Source: Rhizobium sp. Q54
GTDB lineage: Bacteria > Pseudomonadota > Alphaproteobacteria > UBA2966 > CAIVPW01
NCBI GenBank assembly: GCA_945904955.1
Contig: CAMDPO010000008.1
Location: 3,177-67,176 of the forward strand
Direction: 5' to 3'
Length of the DNA stretch: 64,000 nt
Positions 20,801 to 29,258 of the stretch are shown piece by piece (positions within the stretch are counted from its first letter, which is position 1; each line of letters begins with the position of its first letter). The notes beneath the pieces were generated by a model, which was not told where the DNA came from, did not search any database, and was given only the letters and a program-made list of their open reading frames with translations. Both the position numbers and the translations under genes were made by a program.

Positions 20801-20866
20801 GCGGCGCTGGACTTCGACGACGGGCTGGCCTTCCAGCACCACAGCGTCGGCGAGGTTTGGGGCTAG
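17819..20866 (+). CDS. large multidomain protein: 2-3 LamG/ConA-like domains, a cadherin/Big-like domain, a parallel beta-helix (PbH1 repeats) and a C-terminal PKD domain
   Basis: Residues 1-400 hold repeated LamG-like blocks, each ending ...GYVDGVA.G.I.VSA. A run of PbH1-type repeats follows (IRDNDIHE, IENNRLHDF, IRGNVLL, IEDNVIYN, IRGNTILE). The C-terminus has a PKD motif (WDFGDGKTETGRFDSHTYAKAGDYQVLL). No N-terminal signal peptide is evident. An alternative start lies at 17864. Confidence 0.7.
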   Translation: MPGVGVLFSRFGGQHMTSLQFTHGAASSIANGISGGGYELNGLHTNSGGNYLSLARDPLLFGQDQLSMGVAFKAATAGKGGTLFKIHTALQIDIGNDGQVTFNLMGNSAAEKGVIKSSGLTTADGGWHHLALSYDAVAGAMIGYVDGVAVGQIAVSAATKVAEAWDPTFGDQWGKGFAGTIDNLEIHGTPLTAPQAAAQYQAVLQQLDVAPPQLVRLTFDNGAIADTSGNNLTVTAGKVESISDGAYYLNGKATAEGGNHIALARHASLFTKDEFTLSIDFKSADAGVGGSLFRMHTAMQVDVTAAGDVFMRLVKNAAGESGQIKAVARVADGEWHNVTVSYDVAAGKMTGYVDGVAYGTINVSAPTLAAAFWDPMVGSPWAGGFRGFVDNVTMTDAALPPTINPKPVAGADMAHMRENTSLTLTAEKLLANDHDPQGQALSITDVKMASGQGTVALVDGNVVFTPNADWHGVATVEYTLRDAMRAKDTGVVRIEVAPTDADAPVAPLAFASAMTSGETIIVGSSAELLAALRGVHGGETILLRSGVDYKAIVTGVPAHAAQVTVTSLDPNDPATIVGLDLRAVTNVTFSNLRFAFEGTPVQWQTDVVVSGGDGIRFAHNVFKGVAEGYVPVGTSTAESMMSVTNTKNFVFEHNEVSNFFHGIGVGKSENVIIRDNDIHELQGDGLRFSQMKSVLIENNRLHDFLGSDAAVNHNDYIQFWTASTTAPSTDIVIRGNVLLSGDYQPQAIFLRDDQGDAGVTGLRYQRVTIEDNVIYNSNAHAITTIGADGLTIRGNTILEHPAGSAISAINVTKATGVVVYDNVAPRIEVGATNQVTRLDGNVVVQDAYAINPGYVPDLFVNPTQGTGISLDDLFVRPDGALVRADGSAVGSDLLHPGATPDQLTAVFTAAASRGADGRTTLSFDASHTANQDGYVHGNHATFLWDFGDGKTETGRFDSHTYAKAGDYQVLLTVFHNDGSTDTARLHASIKPELAAALDFDDGLAFQHHSVGEVWG

Positions 20867-20888
20867 ACGCCTACGATCCGTTGGCTGG

Positions 20889-20917
20889 GGCGCGTCAAAG
20901 CGCCGCGCCCCAGCGGC
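20889..20917 (+). terminator. GC-rich hairpin (10-bp perfect stem) after the large gene, with no U-tract
   Basis: The sequence ctggggcgcg-tcaaagcgc-cgcgccccag lies 23 nt after the stop at 20866. Confidence 0.3.
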
Positions 20918-21046
20918 GACGCTCGCTCGACGCAAACCTGTGCATCCCGTGAAATCAGCTTTGTTCCCGTGCCGAGTGCCGCTACGCTTGACCGCAGGGG
21001 GCGTCCCGTGCCGAGCTTCTTGGCGCGCGGAGACACACGGATTTTC

Positions 21047-22555
21047 ATGAACGAGACCACCCCAGCTTCAAACCGCCCGGTAGCGGAGCGGCTGACGAGC
21101 GCGCTCGCCCTGAACCTCGCCAAGGCGTCCGCCTTCCTGGCGACGGTCTCGCTGAACGAGCCGCGCCACGGCAACGGCCGCGCCGCCGCCTGGTTCGTTG
21201 CCGCCCTCGGCGCTAACATCCTGACCGCGGGCGCATATTTCGTCGTCAGCACCCCGGTGGCCAAGTTCTTCGAGGTCTTCGGCTTCTTCCCCTCGCCGGT
21301 TTGGCCGGGCGCAGGCATCGCGCTGTTCGCCGTTCTCGTCGGCGGCTGGACCGTGGCGCCCGGCATCTTCATCGGCTCCTCCGCCGCGAACGCCGTCTTG
21401 TTTGCGGCGCCCGCTGAACCGATGATCCTTATTTCGATCACCAATACGCTAGGACCGATTGTCGGCGGGCTCCTGCTGCGGCGGTCGTTCCCCCCGCGCT
21501 CCCCCGTCTTCTTGCTGGGCGACGTCGGCCGCTTGATGCTCTATGGCGTGCTGGTGCACGCCGGCATCACCGCGCTGGGCGGCACCCTGGCGCAGACTCT
21601 GTTCAACGATACGACCGACGCACCGTTCCGCCTCTTCGCGGCGTGGTTGCTGTCCGATGCGGCCGGAGTCTTGCTGATCGGCGCACCCGCAATCCTGTGG
21701 TGGATCGACCGCCGCGTCATCGAGCGGCAGCATTGGCGCGAGGTCCTGATCGTCTCGGTACTCGCCCTCTCGGTGGGTGGGTCGCGCCTGCTGCTCCCGG
21801 AGGGCTACGAGCTGCCGGCCGGCGTTCCGGTGCTGGTGACGATGTGCTGCGCTTGGCTGGTGGCGCGCTTCTATCCGCGCGACGCCACGACCCTGTTTGC
21901 GCTGGTCCTGGCGCTCGTTCTGGCGGCCAACATCATCAAGCCAGAAGGAATGCTGGCGTTCAGTCCGTCGAACGTGAGCTGGTTCCTCGGCATCGCCGCG
22001 GTCGTCGGCATGCTCAACGTGCTGCTCATCGGCGCCATCATGGAAGAACGCGCCGTGGCGACGCGGCGCATCTCCCAGGACTTGGTCACCGGACTGCCGA
22101 ACCGCGCCAGCTTCCTGTCCGTCGCGGCGCGCGAGCTCGGCCGCGCTCAGACCTATAACCGGCCGCTGTCGCTGATCACCTTCGATATCGACGGCTTCCG
22201 CTCGGTCAATGCGCGTCACGGCAGCATGGTCGGCGACGCGGTGCTCAACGCGATTGCCGGACACGCACGCGCCTGGTTGCGTCCGCTCGACGTGCTGGCG
22301 CGCATCGGCGACGACGAGTTCGCCATCCTGATGGTCGAGACGGATCAGAAGTCCTCGGCGGCGCTCGCCGAGCAGCTGCGCGTCACCATCGCGACGACCC
22401 CCATCGAGATCAACGGTGCCGTCGTCGAAGTCACCGTCAGCATCGGCGTCACCGGCGGTCGCTCCGGCGATACGATCGAGTCCGTGCTCGACCGCGCCAA
22501 CGCCTCGCGCCACATCGCCCAGCAGGCGGGCCGCAACCGAGTCGCCGCCGCCTAG
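21047..22555 (+). CDS. MASE1-domain membrane protein with a C-terminal GGDEF domain (degenerate A-site GDDEF, intact RxxD I-site)
   Basis: N-terminal multi-TM region with MASE1-like VWPGAGIALFAVL. The GGDEF-domain motifs read ...RPLDVLARIGDDEF. Confidence 0.75.
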   Translation: MNETTPASNRPVAERLTSALALNLAKASAFLATVSLNEPRHGNGRAAAWFVAALGANILTAGAYFVVSTPVAKFFEVFGFFPSPVWPGAGIALFAVLVGGWTVAPGIFIGSSAANAVLFAAPAEPMILISITNTLGPIVGGLLLRRSFPPRSPVFLLGDVGRLMLYGVLVHAGITALGGTLAQTLFNDTTDAPFRLFAAWLLSDAAGVLLIGAPAILWWIDRRVIERQHWREVLIVSVLALSVGGSRLLLPEGYELPAGVPVLVTMCCAWLVARFYPRDATTLFALVLALVLAANIIKPEGMLAFSPSNVSWFLGIAAVVGMLNVLLIGAIMEERAVATRRISQDLVTGLPNRASFLSVAARELGRAQTYNRPLSLITFDIDGFRSVNARHGSMVGDAVLNAIAGHARAWLRPLDVLARIGDDEFAILMVETDQKSSAALAEQLRVTIATTPIEINGAVVEVTVSIGVTGGRSGDTIESVLDRANASRHIAQQAGRNRVAAA

Positions 22556-22762
22556 CTCGCGCCACGGCGGGGTGTCGCGTCCAGCGCGCGCCGCCGCTTT
22601 TGTTGACATAGCGAAGTCACCGCTAGGTGGGCACCCACGCCAAGGGTTGCCACGGTCTTGCCCCGCCCCGCCCTCTCGGAACCGGCGACAGTTGGGTCTG
22701 GTAGCGCCCACGTCGCCGGGTTCCGGCGCAGTGGGCCGTTTCGTTCAGCAGGGGAGGTCCCT

Positions 22763-22996
22763 ATGCAGACCGAAGCCGGCAAGCTCGCGGCCTTGGATGC
22801 GGCTCGCAACGCGGCGTGCATCGCCGGGCGTTGGTATGTATTCCCGCCCGAGCAACGACTCCGCCACCTCCGCGTCGGCGACCCCGTGGAGGTGACGTAT
22901 GCGGAGCAGGGCGACCGCCGCAAAGTGGTCGAGATCAAGCTGGTCGGCGAAATAGCGGCCAGCCCGCCACCGGCTATGGACGAGCGCAGCCGCTGA
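22763..22996 (+). CDS. small conserved hypothetical protein (paralog A, 77 aa)
   Basis: An AGGGGAGG ribosome-binding site precedes the ATG. It is clearly homologous to the ORF at 24348..24544 (TExGK..LDA...A....W......L..L.....EVTY....G.RKVVE). High GC3. Confidence 0.5.
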   Translation: MQTEAGKLAALDAARNAACIAGRWYVFPPEQRLRHLRVGDPVEVTYAEQGDRRKVVEIKLVGEIAASPPPAMDERSR

Positions 22997-23606
22997 GGAA
23001 GATCGCCACCGCGGCCTCGACCACCGCTTCGATCTCCGCTGAAGAGGGCACCGGCGGCACGCCGAACAAGGCGCGCTTGTGGAGGTCGCCGGTGCTCATT
23101 TCGAGGAAGATGCGCGCGGCCAACGCGGGGTCGCGCACCTTCAGCTCGCGGCGGCGCTTGGCACCGGCGAGGTAGTCGCCGAGCCGGGCGGCCGCGACCT
23201 GGGGTCCCGCCGCGAACACGCGGCGCCCGAGCTCGGGGAAGCGCCCACTGTCGGCGGCGGCGACGCGAAACAGCGCGATGCTGCCCGGCTCGAGAAAGGC
23301 GGTCGCATACCGCAGGGCGAACGCGCGCAGTACTTCGGCCGGCGGACGGCCCGCTTCGATCGCGGCGTCGAGCGGCGCCAACATGCGCTCGCAGACGCCG
23401 GCGACGATCGCCGCGAACAGACCTTCCTTGTTGCCGAACTGGGCATAGACCGTGGCGCGCGAGCCGCCGGACGCGGCGATCACGTGATCAAGGGTCGCCC
23501 CGGCAAAGCCGTGCTCGAGGAAGGCCGCCGTGGCGGCGGCTAGGATCGCCGCGCGGCGCGCCTCCAGCCGGCCGACACGCACGCCGAGCTGCCCTGTCTT
23601 GCTCAC
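22974..23606 (-). CDS. TetR-family transcriptional regulator
   Basis: N-terminal TetR helix-turn-helix (RRAAILAAATAAFLEHGFAGATLDHVIAASGGSRATVYAQFGNKEGLF). Confidence 0.8.
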   Translation of the reverse strand: MSKTGQLGVRVGRLEARRAAILAAATAAFLEHGFAGATLDHVIAASGGSRATVYAQFGNKEGLFAAIVAGVCERMLAPLDAAIEAGRPPAEVLRAFALRYATAFLEPGSIALFRVAAADSGRFPELGRRVFAAGPQVAAARLGDYLAGAKRRRELKVRDPALAARIFLEMSTGDLHKRALFGVPPVPSSAEIEAVVEAAVAIFLSGCARP

Positions 23607-23614
23607 TCGGTAAG

Positions 23615-23635
23615 TGTACTGTATGGTACAGTACA
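23615..23635. promoter_or_regulatory. perfect 9-3-9 palindrome, candidate TetR operator
   Basis: TGTACTGTA-tgg-TACAGTACA sits in an AT-rich patch between the tetR start (23606) and the divergent gene at 23666. Confidence 0.5.
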
Positions 23636-23665
23636 GTTCAACAAGAAACTGGGAGTTGCGCGCTC

Positions 23666-24142
23666 ATGGCCGAGCCAAGCAATCCGGAGCACCTCGCCGA
23701 CACCGCGGCGCTGCTGCAGACTGAATCGGAGTTCCACCTCAGCTACGACGCGTCGGTGCCGTGCGTCGCGATGACCTGGCGCGGCTATCACACGACGCCG
23801 TCGTTCCACGAGAAGAACGAGCAGGTTCTGGCGATGATCAAGGAGCGCAAGGCGTCGCGCATGCTGTGCGACATCCGCCGCTTCCTGCTCATCAGCGCCG
23901 CCGACCAGGTGTGGTTGAGCGGCGACTGGCTGCCGCGGGCGATGGCGGCGGGATTGCGCCACTGCGCGATCGTCACGCCCGCCTACTTCTTCAACCAAGT
24001 CGCCGTGCGCAACGTCGCCGACCAGATCGACGCGCACGTGCTGCGCGTCGATCATTTCGAGTCGGTGGAGCAGGCGCGTCTGTGGTTGCAGCGCATTCCC
24101 GCAAGTAGAAGCATATCGCGCCTCAACGCGGCACCCGTCTAG
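23666..24142 (+). CDS. hypothetical protein (possibly STAS/SpoIIAA-like fold)
   Basis: 158 aa with high GC3. It is divergent from tetR and shares the operator. No confident family assignment. Confidence 0.45.
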   Translation: MAEPSNPEHLADTAALLQTESEFHLSYDASVPCVAMTWRGYHTTPSFHEKNEQVLAMIKERKASRMLCDIRRFLLISAADQVWLSGDWLPRAMAAGLRHCAIVTPAYFFNQVAVRNVADQIDAHVLRVDHFESVEQARLWLQRIPASRSISRLNAAPV

Positions 24143-24347
24143 GGTCACAGCACCTACACACTGCGGGACGCCGTTTGCTGCGAACGTGAGCGTTGCTGCG
24201 CGTCCGCGCTAGCGCGGCGGTGACCTCACCCGCGCGGTCCTTTGCTACACCCATGTCACGGCCGCGCTCACGCTGGAGGACTGTCCTCGCTGGCGCGGAC
24301 AATCCGGTCCGCGCCATTGCCACACCTGGATCAGGCAGGGAGGCTGG

Positions 24348-24544
24348 CCGTGAAGACAGAACGAGGCAAGGTCACCGGACTGGATGCCACCAAGCGGGCG
24401 ATTCGCATGAACCGCAACTGGTACTACGCGTCCGAACAGGAACTCAAACGCCTGCGTCTGCACGACGAGATCGAGGTCACCTACGTCACCAAGGAAGGCC
24501 GCCGCAAGGTGGTCGAGCTCCTCATCCTCCCCGACGGCGACTAG
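24348..24544 (+). CDS. small conserved hypothetical protein (paralog B, 65 aa, GTG start)
   Basis: Homologous to the ORF at 22763..22996. A GGGAGG ribosome-binding site precedes the GTG. Confidence 0.45.
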
Positions 24545-24768
24545 GCCGGCTTGTGCCGGTCCAAGTCCTTCAAGAACTGCGTCAACAGATCCCGCACCGA
24601 CTGGCCTTGCTGGGCGGCGCCGAAGATCTCTTCGGCGTCGAGCAGGGCGAGATCGACGAGCTCGCGCGCGTCCTCGCGGTTGAGGGCGTTGCGGAACACC
24701 AGCCGCTGGATGAGATGGATCATCAGGAGCAGGGACGTGAAGCCGGGTGCGTCGAACTTCTCTGGCAT
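24541..24768 (-). CDS. hypothetical protein (75 aa)
   Basis: High-GC3 ORF starting MPEKFDAPGF. No family recognised. Confidence 0.3.
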   Translation of the reverse strand: MPEKFDAPGFTSLLLMIHLIQRLVFRNALNREDARELVDLALLDAEEIFGAAQQGQSVRDLLTQFLKDLDRHKPA

Positions 24769-24873
24769 TCTTGTCGGCCTTCTCTGGGCGGCACGTGGGC
24801 GTCGGGTTGACCGGGCGTGGGGCGCTGTCGAGCGCGTTCGCACCACGCGCGTTGGTTTGCTACCTTGGACGCC

Positions 24874-25341
24874 ATGCTACCAAGCACCATTCGCGCCGAG
24901 CCGCTGACCGCCGAGGCGTTTGCGCCGTACGGCGACGTCATCGAGGGCCCCAGCGCACCGGGCCGCGCCGACGACCTTGCTGCCGTGCTGGTCGGCAGCG
25001 ACGGGCGGCCGGGCGTCCACGTGCTGCGCGCCGCGAAGGGCGCGGCGCTGCCCCTGACCGTCGCGCGCATGGAGCGCCATCCGCTCGGCAGCCAGGCGTT
25101 CGTGCCCATGGGCAGCGGGCGTTTCTTCGTCGTGGTGGCGCCGGCCGGCGAGTTCGACCCCACCGCCATCCGCGCCTTCGTCGCCAACGGCCGCCAGGGC
25201 ATCAACTACAAGCCCGGCACCTGGCACCACGGCTTCCTGGCGGCGAACGCGGGCGACGACTTCCTGATGATCGAGCGGGCCGGTCCGGGGGAGAACTGCG
25301 ACTTCGCACACCTCGACAAGCCTTTGCGGGTCACCGGCTAA
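24874..25341 (+). CDS. ureidoglycolate lyase-like cupin protein
   Basis: The motifs ...MERHPLGSQAFVPM...GTWHHG... are typical of the ureidoglycolate lyase/AllA family. I chose the start at MLPSTIRAEP. Confidence 0.55.
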   Translation: MLPSTIRAEPLTAEAFAPYGDVIEGPSAPGRADDLAAVLVGSDGRPGVHVLRAAKGAALPLTVARMERHPLGSQAFVPMGSGRFFVVVAPAGEFDPTAIRAFVANGRQGINYKPGTWHHGFLAANAGDDFLMIERAGPGENCDFAHLDKPLRVTG

Positions 25342-25411
25342 CCAAGCTAGACCTTCGCGGTATCCCGTCCGGGCGCTGGCGGCGGCGGCCGATCTGTCGT
25401 CCTCTGCCGCC

Positions 25412-25633
25412 ATGATTAGAATCACTGCAATCGCCCTCATCGCGCTAGGCGTACTCGGACTGATCTACGGCGGGTTTACCTACACCCGCGATCGCGACGC
25501 CGCGAAGCTCGGCCCCATCGAAATCCAGGTCACGGACAAGGAGTTCGTGCCGGTACCGCTGTGGGCCGGCGTCGTAGCCATCGCCGCCGGCGCTGGCCTG
25601 CTCCTGTTCGGCATTCCGGGTCGCAAGGTGTAA
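25412..25633 (+). CDS. small two-TM membrane protein (DUF3185-like)
   Basis: 73 aa with two hydrophobic helices flanking the loop YTRDRDAAKLGPIEIQVTDKE. Confidence 0.4.
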   Translation: MIRITAIALIALGVLGLIYGGFTYTRDRDAAKLGPIEIQVTDKEFVPVPLWAGVVAIAAGAGLLLFGIPGRKV

Positions 25634-25646
25634 CGCCCTCCTCCCG

Positions 25647-27446
25647 CTACGAGGCGTTGCGCAGCAGGCGCTCGGGCGACTCCGGGTGCTGCAGCGACCA
25701 GGCGCGCGCGAACGCGCCGCTGGAGGCGATCAGCACGGACGGTGGTCCCTGCTCGATGATCTTGCCGTCTTCCATGACGATGACGCGATCCATGGCGCGC
25801 AGCGTCGACAGGCGATGCGCGATGGCGATGACCGTGCGTCCCGCCATCAGGCGCCATAACGCGTCCTGCAACGCGAGCTCCGTCTCGGTGTCGAGAGACG
25901 ACGTCGCCTCGTCGAGCACGAGGATGGGAGCGTCCTTGAGGAACGCGCGCCCGACGGCGACGCGCTGCTTCTCGCCGCCCGACAGCTTGACGCCCCTCTC
26001 GCCAACCACGGCGTCGTAGGCGCCCGGCCGCGCCAGGATGAACTCGTGGCAGCCTGCGGCCTTGGCCGCGGCTTCCACCGCGGCATCGTCGGCACCGGGG
26101 CGGCCGTAGCGGATGTTCTCGCGGATCGAGCGGTGGAACAGCTCGGTCGCCTGGGGCACCTCGCCGATCGACTCGGCGATGCTGGCCTGGGTGAGCGCGC
26201 CGATGTCCTGGCCGTCGATGGCAATGCTGCCGCCGGAGATCAGGTGCCGGCGCGTCAGCAGCTTCACCAACGTGCTCTTGCCGGCGCCCGAGCGGCCGAC
26301 CAGGCCGATGCGCTCGCCGGCACGGATGTCGAGATTGAGCGCGTCGAACACGCGGCGGCCGTCGGGATAGACGAACGACACGTCGTCGAAGCGGATGGCG
26401 CCGCCACGCGCCTGCAGCGGCTGGGCGTCGGGCGCGTCCGGGATGTCGTGATCGCGCGCCAGGGCATCGAGCGACTCTTTGAGGTCGCCGACGTGCTCGA
26501 ACATGTTGAGGGCCTCGTCGCCGAGCTGGGCGATCTGCAGGCCGATCTGCACGCCGACCGTAAGAATGGTGACGATGGCGCCGGACGTCATCGTGCCGGC
26601 GACCACCGACTGCAGCGCGACCCACGAGATCGCCGACAGGAAGCCCACCGACAGGAACAGCTGGACGACGCGCATGCCCGTCATGGCCATGCGCACGTCG
26701 CGCGCGCGGTAGTACTCCTCGAGGCTGGCGGGCTCGAGGCCTTCCTGCTCGCGCCGCCACGCGCCGAAGCTGCGCACGACGTCGGCGTTGGAGATGGTGT
26801 CGGCGATGCGCCCGGTGACGCGCGAACGCGCGCGCGCCGTGCGGCCGACAAGGTCGACGACGTGACGCGCCATCGGCACCGTCACCACGACGAACACGGC
26901 GGTGAAGGCGAGGAAAGCCAGCGCATAGTTCAGCGACACGGTGCCGAGCGTGAAGGCGCCGACCGCAGCGAAGGTGCCGATGCGGAAGAACGGCAGCGCC
27001 GATTCGAACAGGCCCGGCATCGACTGGCCGCCGCGGCGAATGCGCTGGTTGATGGCGCCCGCGAAGTTGTCGTTGAAGAAGCGCGTCGACTGGCCGAGCG
27101 TGTGGGCGAACAGCACGCGATCGACGATGACGCGCATCTTCGGCATCGTGAACGCGTTGGCGAACGTGTACATGCGCGTCAGCAGCGGCCCACCGAGCCA
27201 GGCTGCGACGAGCAGCGAGAAGTAGAACGGGATCTCGTCGTAGCGCTCATGGGCGACGACGTCGATGAGCGTGCCGACGGCGAGCGGCGCCAGCGCCTGC
27301 AGGCCGTGCCCGAAGATGGTCAGCGACAGCATCGCGGCCGCGCGCCCCGGCAACTGGCGGACGACCCACCAGGTGAAGGCGAACGGGGTGCGCGGGAAGA
27401 TGGGCTCCCCGGGACGGGACAGCGGCGGACGCAACGACGGACTCAT
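25647..27446 (-). CDS. ABC exporter, fused transmembrane and ATP-binding domains (MsbA-like)
   Basis: A six-TM exporter domain is followed by Walker A (GRSGAGKST), the signature LSGGEKQRVAVGRA and Walker B (ILVLDEATSSLD). Confidence 0.8.
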   Translation of the reverse strand: MSPSLRPPLSRPGEPIFPRTPFAFTWWVVRQLPGRAAAMLSLTIFGHGLQALAPLAVGTLIDVVAHERYDEIPFYFSLLVAAWLGGPLLTRMYTFANAFTMPKMRVIVDRVLFAHTLGQSTRFFNDNFAGAINQRIRRGGQSMPGLFESALPFFRIGTFAAVGAFTLGTVSLNYALAFLAFTAVFVVVTVPMARHVVDLVGRTARARSRVTGRIADTISNADVVRSFGAWRREQEGLEPASLEEYYRARDVRMAMTGMRVVQLFLSVGFLSAISWVALQSVVAGTMTSGAIVTILTVGVQIGLQIAQLGDEALNMFEHVGDLKESLDALARDHDIPDAPDAQPLQARGGAIRFDDVSFVYPDGRRVFDALNLDIRAGERIGLVGRSGAGKSTLVKLLTRRHLISGGSIAIDGQDIGALTQASIAESIGEVPQATELFHRSIRENIRYGRPGADDAAVEAAAKAAGCHEFILARPGAYDAVVGERGVKLSGGEKQRVAVGRAFLKDAPILVLDEATSSLDTETELALQDALWRLMAGRTVIAIAHRLSTLRAMDRVIVMEDGKIIEQGPPSVLIASSGAFARAWSLQHPESPERLLRNAS

Positions 27447-27873
27447 GGGGACGCGGGACCTACTCAACTGAATCGCCCGTCGTCCGTGGAGAGTTCCTCC
27501 GCCGGCTCGCGTTGGGCTGGTTGGATGTAGAACGGCGCGATGCGCGGCCAAGACGCCGTACGTCACGAAGCGATCATATTCCGCGCACGGCGATCCTGCA
27601 TCGACTGACGGCCCCGCTGCCACCGCTGGAAACGGCCATCAACGGGCGTTATCTGGAAATCGTCTCACCCGTCACGCTACGAATCGCACTCTTCCGTTCG
27701 CTCATTCGGGCCGCCTTTGGCGCTTAGCCCGGGAGAAGTCGATACGAAATGTAATGTCGGCAAGCGGCGTCGTCAAGGGGCGTCTGGTGCGGCGACGCGC
27801 GAACGGCCCGTGCCGAGGCACACGGGAAAGGGCGACAAGCGGGCGGTGATCGGCGCGAAACCGGCGAAACCCG

Positions 27874-27901
27874 TTGACACTCAGGGGTTCGGCGGTATTC
27901 T
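27874..27901 (+). promoter_or_regulatory. candidate sigma-70 promoter for rplU-rpmA
   Basis: TTGACA, 16 nt, TATTCT, about 60 nt upstream of the rplU ATG. Confidence 0.35.
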
Positions 27902-27958
27902 CCGGCCGCTCAATTCACGGCTGTTCTTTTCAACCCCAACAACAGGGGCGGGTTTCCA

Positions 27959-28531
27959 ATGTTCGCGGTGGTTCGAACCGGCGGCAAGCAATACAAAGTT
28001 TCGCCCGATGACGTGATCGTCGTCGAGCGCCTCGCCGGTGACACCGGATCGACCATCCAGCTCGAAGACGTGCTGATGGTTTCTGACGGCGCCAAGACCA
28101 CCGTCGGCACGCCGACCGTGTCGGGCGCCAAGGTCGCGGCACAGGTCGTCGACCAGGCGCGTGGCGAGAAGATCGTCATCCTCAAGTTCAAGCGCCGTCA
28201 GCGCTATCGCCGCACGCTGGGTCACCGCCAGGAGATCACCGTGCTGCGCGTGACCGAGATCAGCGCGCCGGGCATGGAGACTGCCCGCGCCGCCGCGAAG
28301 GCCGAGCGTCCGAAGAAGGCCGAAGCGGCCGAGGGCGCAACCGCCGAGGCGGCGCCGCGCAAGACGAAGTCCAAGCGGTCCGCCGGCAAGGCCGAGGGCG
28401 CCAAGAAGCAAGCGGCCAAGAAGGCCGCGGCGCCCAAGTCGGCAGCCATGCCCAAGAAGCCCAAGAAGAAGCCGGCGGCCAAAGCGGCCGGCAAGGGCAA
28501 GGGCAAGAGCAAGTCCAAGAAGGAAGCTTAG
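27959..28531 (+). CDS. rplU: 50S ribosomal protein L21 with a ~85-aa Lys/Ala-rich C-terminal extension
   Basis: N-terminus [14 protein letters not shown] is a typical L21 core. The tail reads [15 protein letters not shown]...[25 protein letters not shown]. Confidence 0.9.
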   Translation: MFAVVRTGGKQYKVSPDDVIVVERLAGDTGSTIQLEDVLMVSDGAKTTVGTPTVSGAKVAAQVVDQARGEKIVILKFKRRQRYRRTLGHRQEITVLRVTEISAPGMETARAAAKAERPKKAEAAEGATAEAAPRKTKSKRSAGKAEGAKKQAAKKAAAPKSAAMPKKPKKKPAAKAAGKGKGKSKSKKEA

Positions 28532-28533
28532 TC

Positions 28534-28794
28534 ATGGCACATAAGAAAGCCGGTGGCTCCACGCGCAACGGCCGCGATTCAGCGGGCAAGCGCCTTGGCG
28601 TAAAGAAGTTCGGCGGCGAGCACGTCATCTCGGGCAACATCCTCGTGCGCCAGCGCGGCACCGAGTATCACCCGGGCCCGAACGTCGGCATCGGCCGCGA
28701 CCACACTCTGTTCGCCACCGCCGACGGCCAAGTGAAGTTCAAAGTCACGACCGGCGGCCGCCGCTACATCTCGGTGGATTCGAAGACCGAGTAG
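28534..28794 (+). CDS. rpmA: 50S ribosomal protein L27
   Basis: [29 protein letters not shown]. Confidence 0.9.
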   Translation: MAHKKAGGSTRNGRDSAGKRLGVKKFGGEHVISGNILVRQRGTEYHPGPNVGIGRDHTLFATADGQVKFKVTTGGRRYISVDSKTE

Positions 28795-28821
28795 CGCGCC
28801 TCGCGCGAGACAAATACGAAC

Positions 28822-28854
28822 GGGCCCGCCGATGAGGCGGGCCCTTTGTCGTTT
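28822..28854 (+). terminator. rho-independent terminator after rpmA
   Basis: gggcccgcc-gatga-ggcgggccc followed by TTTGTCGTTT. Confidence 0.6.
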
Positions 28855-29028
28855 GAACCTTGAGTCGGGTGCGCTGCGCGCGCGGTCTTACCCACCCTCA
28901 CCCCGCCCTCTCCCTCAGCGCAGCACGTCCTGCGTGCTGGTGATCAGGACGCACGTGCCGCCGGTCTCGCTCCAGACATGGTCGTCAGGCGACGAACTTG
29001 TTGACCACATGACGTCGTGGGGGCCGGC

Positions 29029-29256
29029 CTATCGATCCGCCTGGGGAGGATCCTCGGCCGCGAACGTGAGCAACTCCCCCGGCTGGCACTCGAGCGCCTG
29101 ACAGATCGCCTCGAGAGTCGAGAAGCGCACGGCCTTCGCCTTGCCGGTCTTGAGGATCGACAGATTGGCCAGGGTGATGCCGATGCGATCGGCGAGCTCG
29201 GTGAGCGTCAGGCGGCGCTGATGCAGCATCTCGTCGAGCTTCACGATGATCGGCAC
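29029..29256 (-). CDS. XRE-family (Cro/C1-type) helix-turn-helix regulator
   Basis: HTH_3 motif LTLTELADRIGITLANLSILKTGKAKAVRFSTLEAICQAL. I chose a GTG start; the longer ORF reaches 29334. Confidence 0.6.
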   Translation of the reverse strand: MPIIVKLDEMLHQRRLTLTELADRIGITLANLSILKTGKAKAVRFSTLEAICQALECQPGELLTFAAEDPPQADR

Positions 29257-29258
29257 GC

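Noticed and set aside
22670-22720. Alphaproteobacterial general-stress (EcfG) promoter GGAAC-N16/17-CGTT upstream of small paralog A
   Set aside because: GGAAC is present at 22678, but no CGTT occurs at the required spacing. The paralog-B leader has no GGAAC at all.
27960-27990. tRNA-like GGTTCGAACC motif
   Set aside because: It lies inside the rplU coding sequence (FAVVRTGGK). No acceptor or anticodon arms can be drawn. No tRNA, rRNA or CRISPR array was found anywhere in the window.
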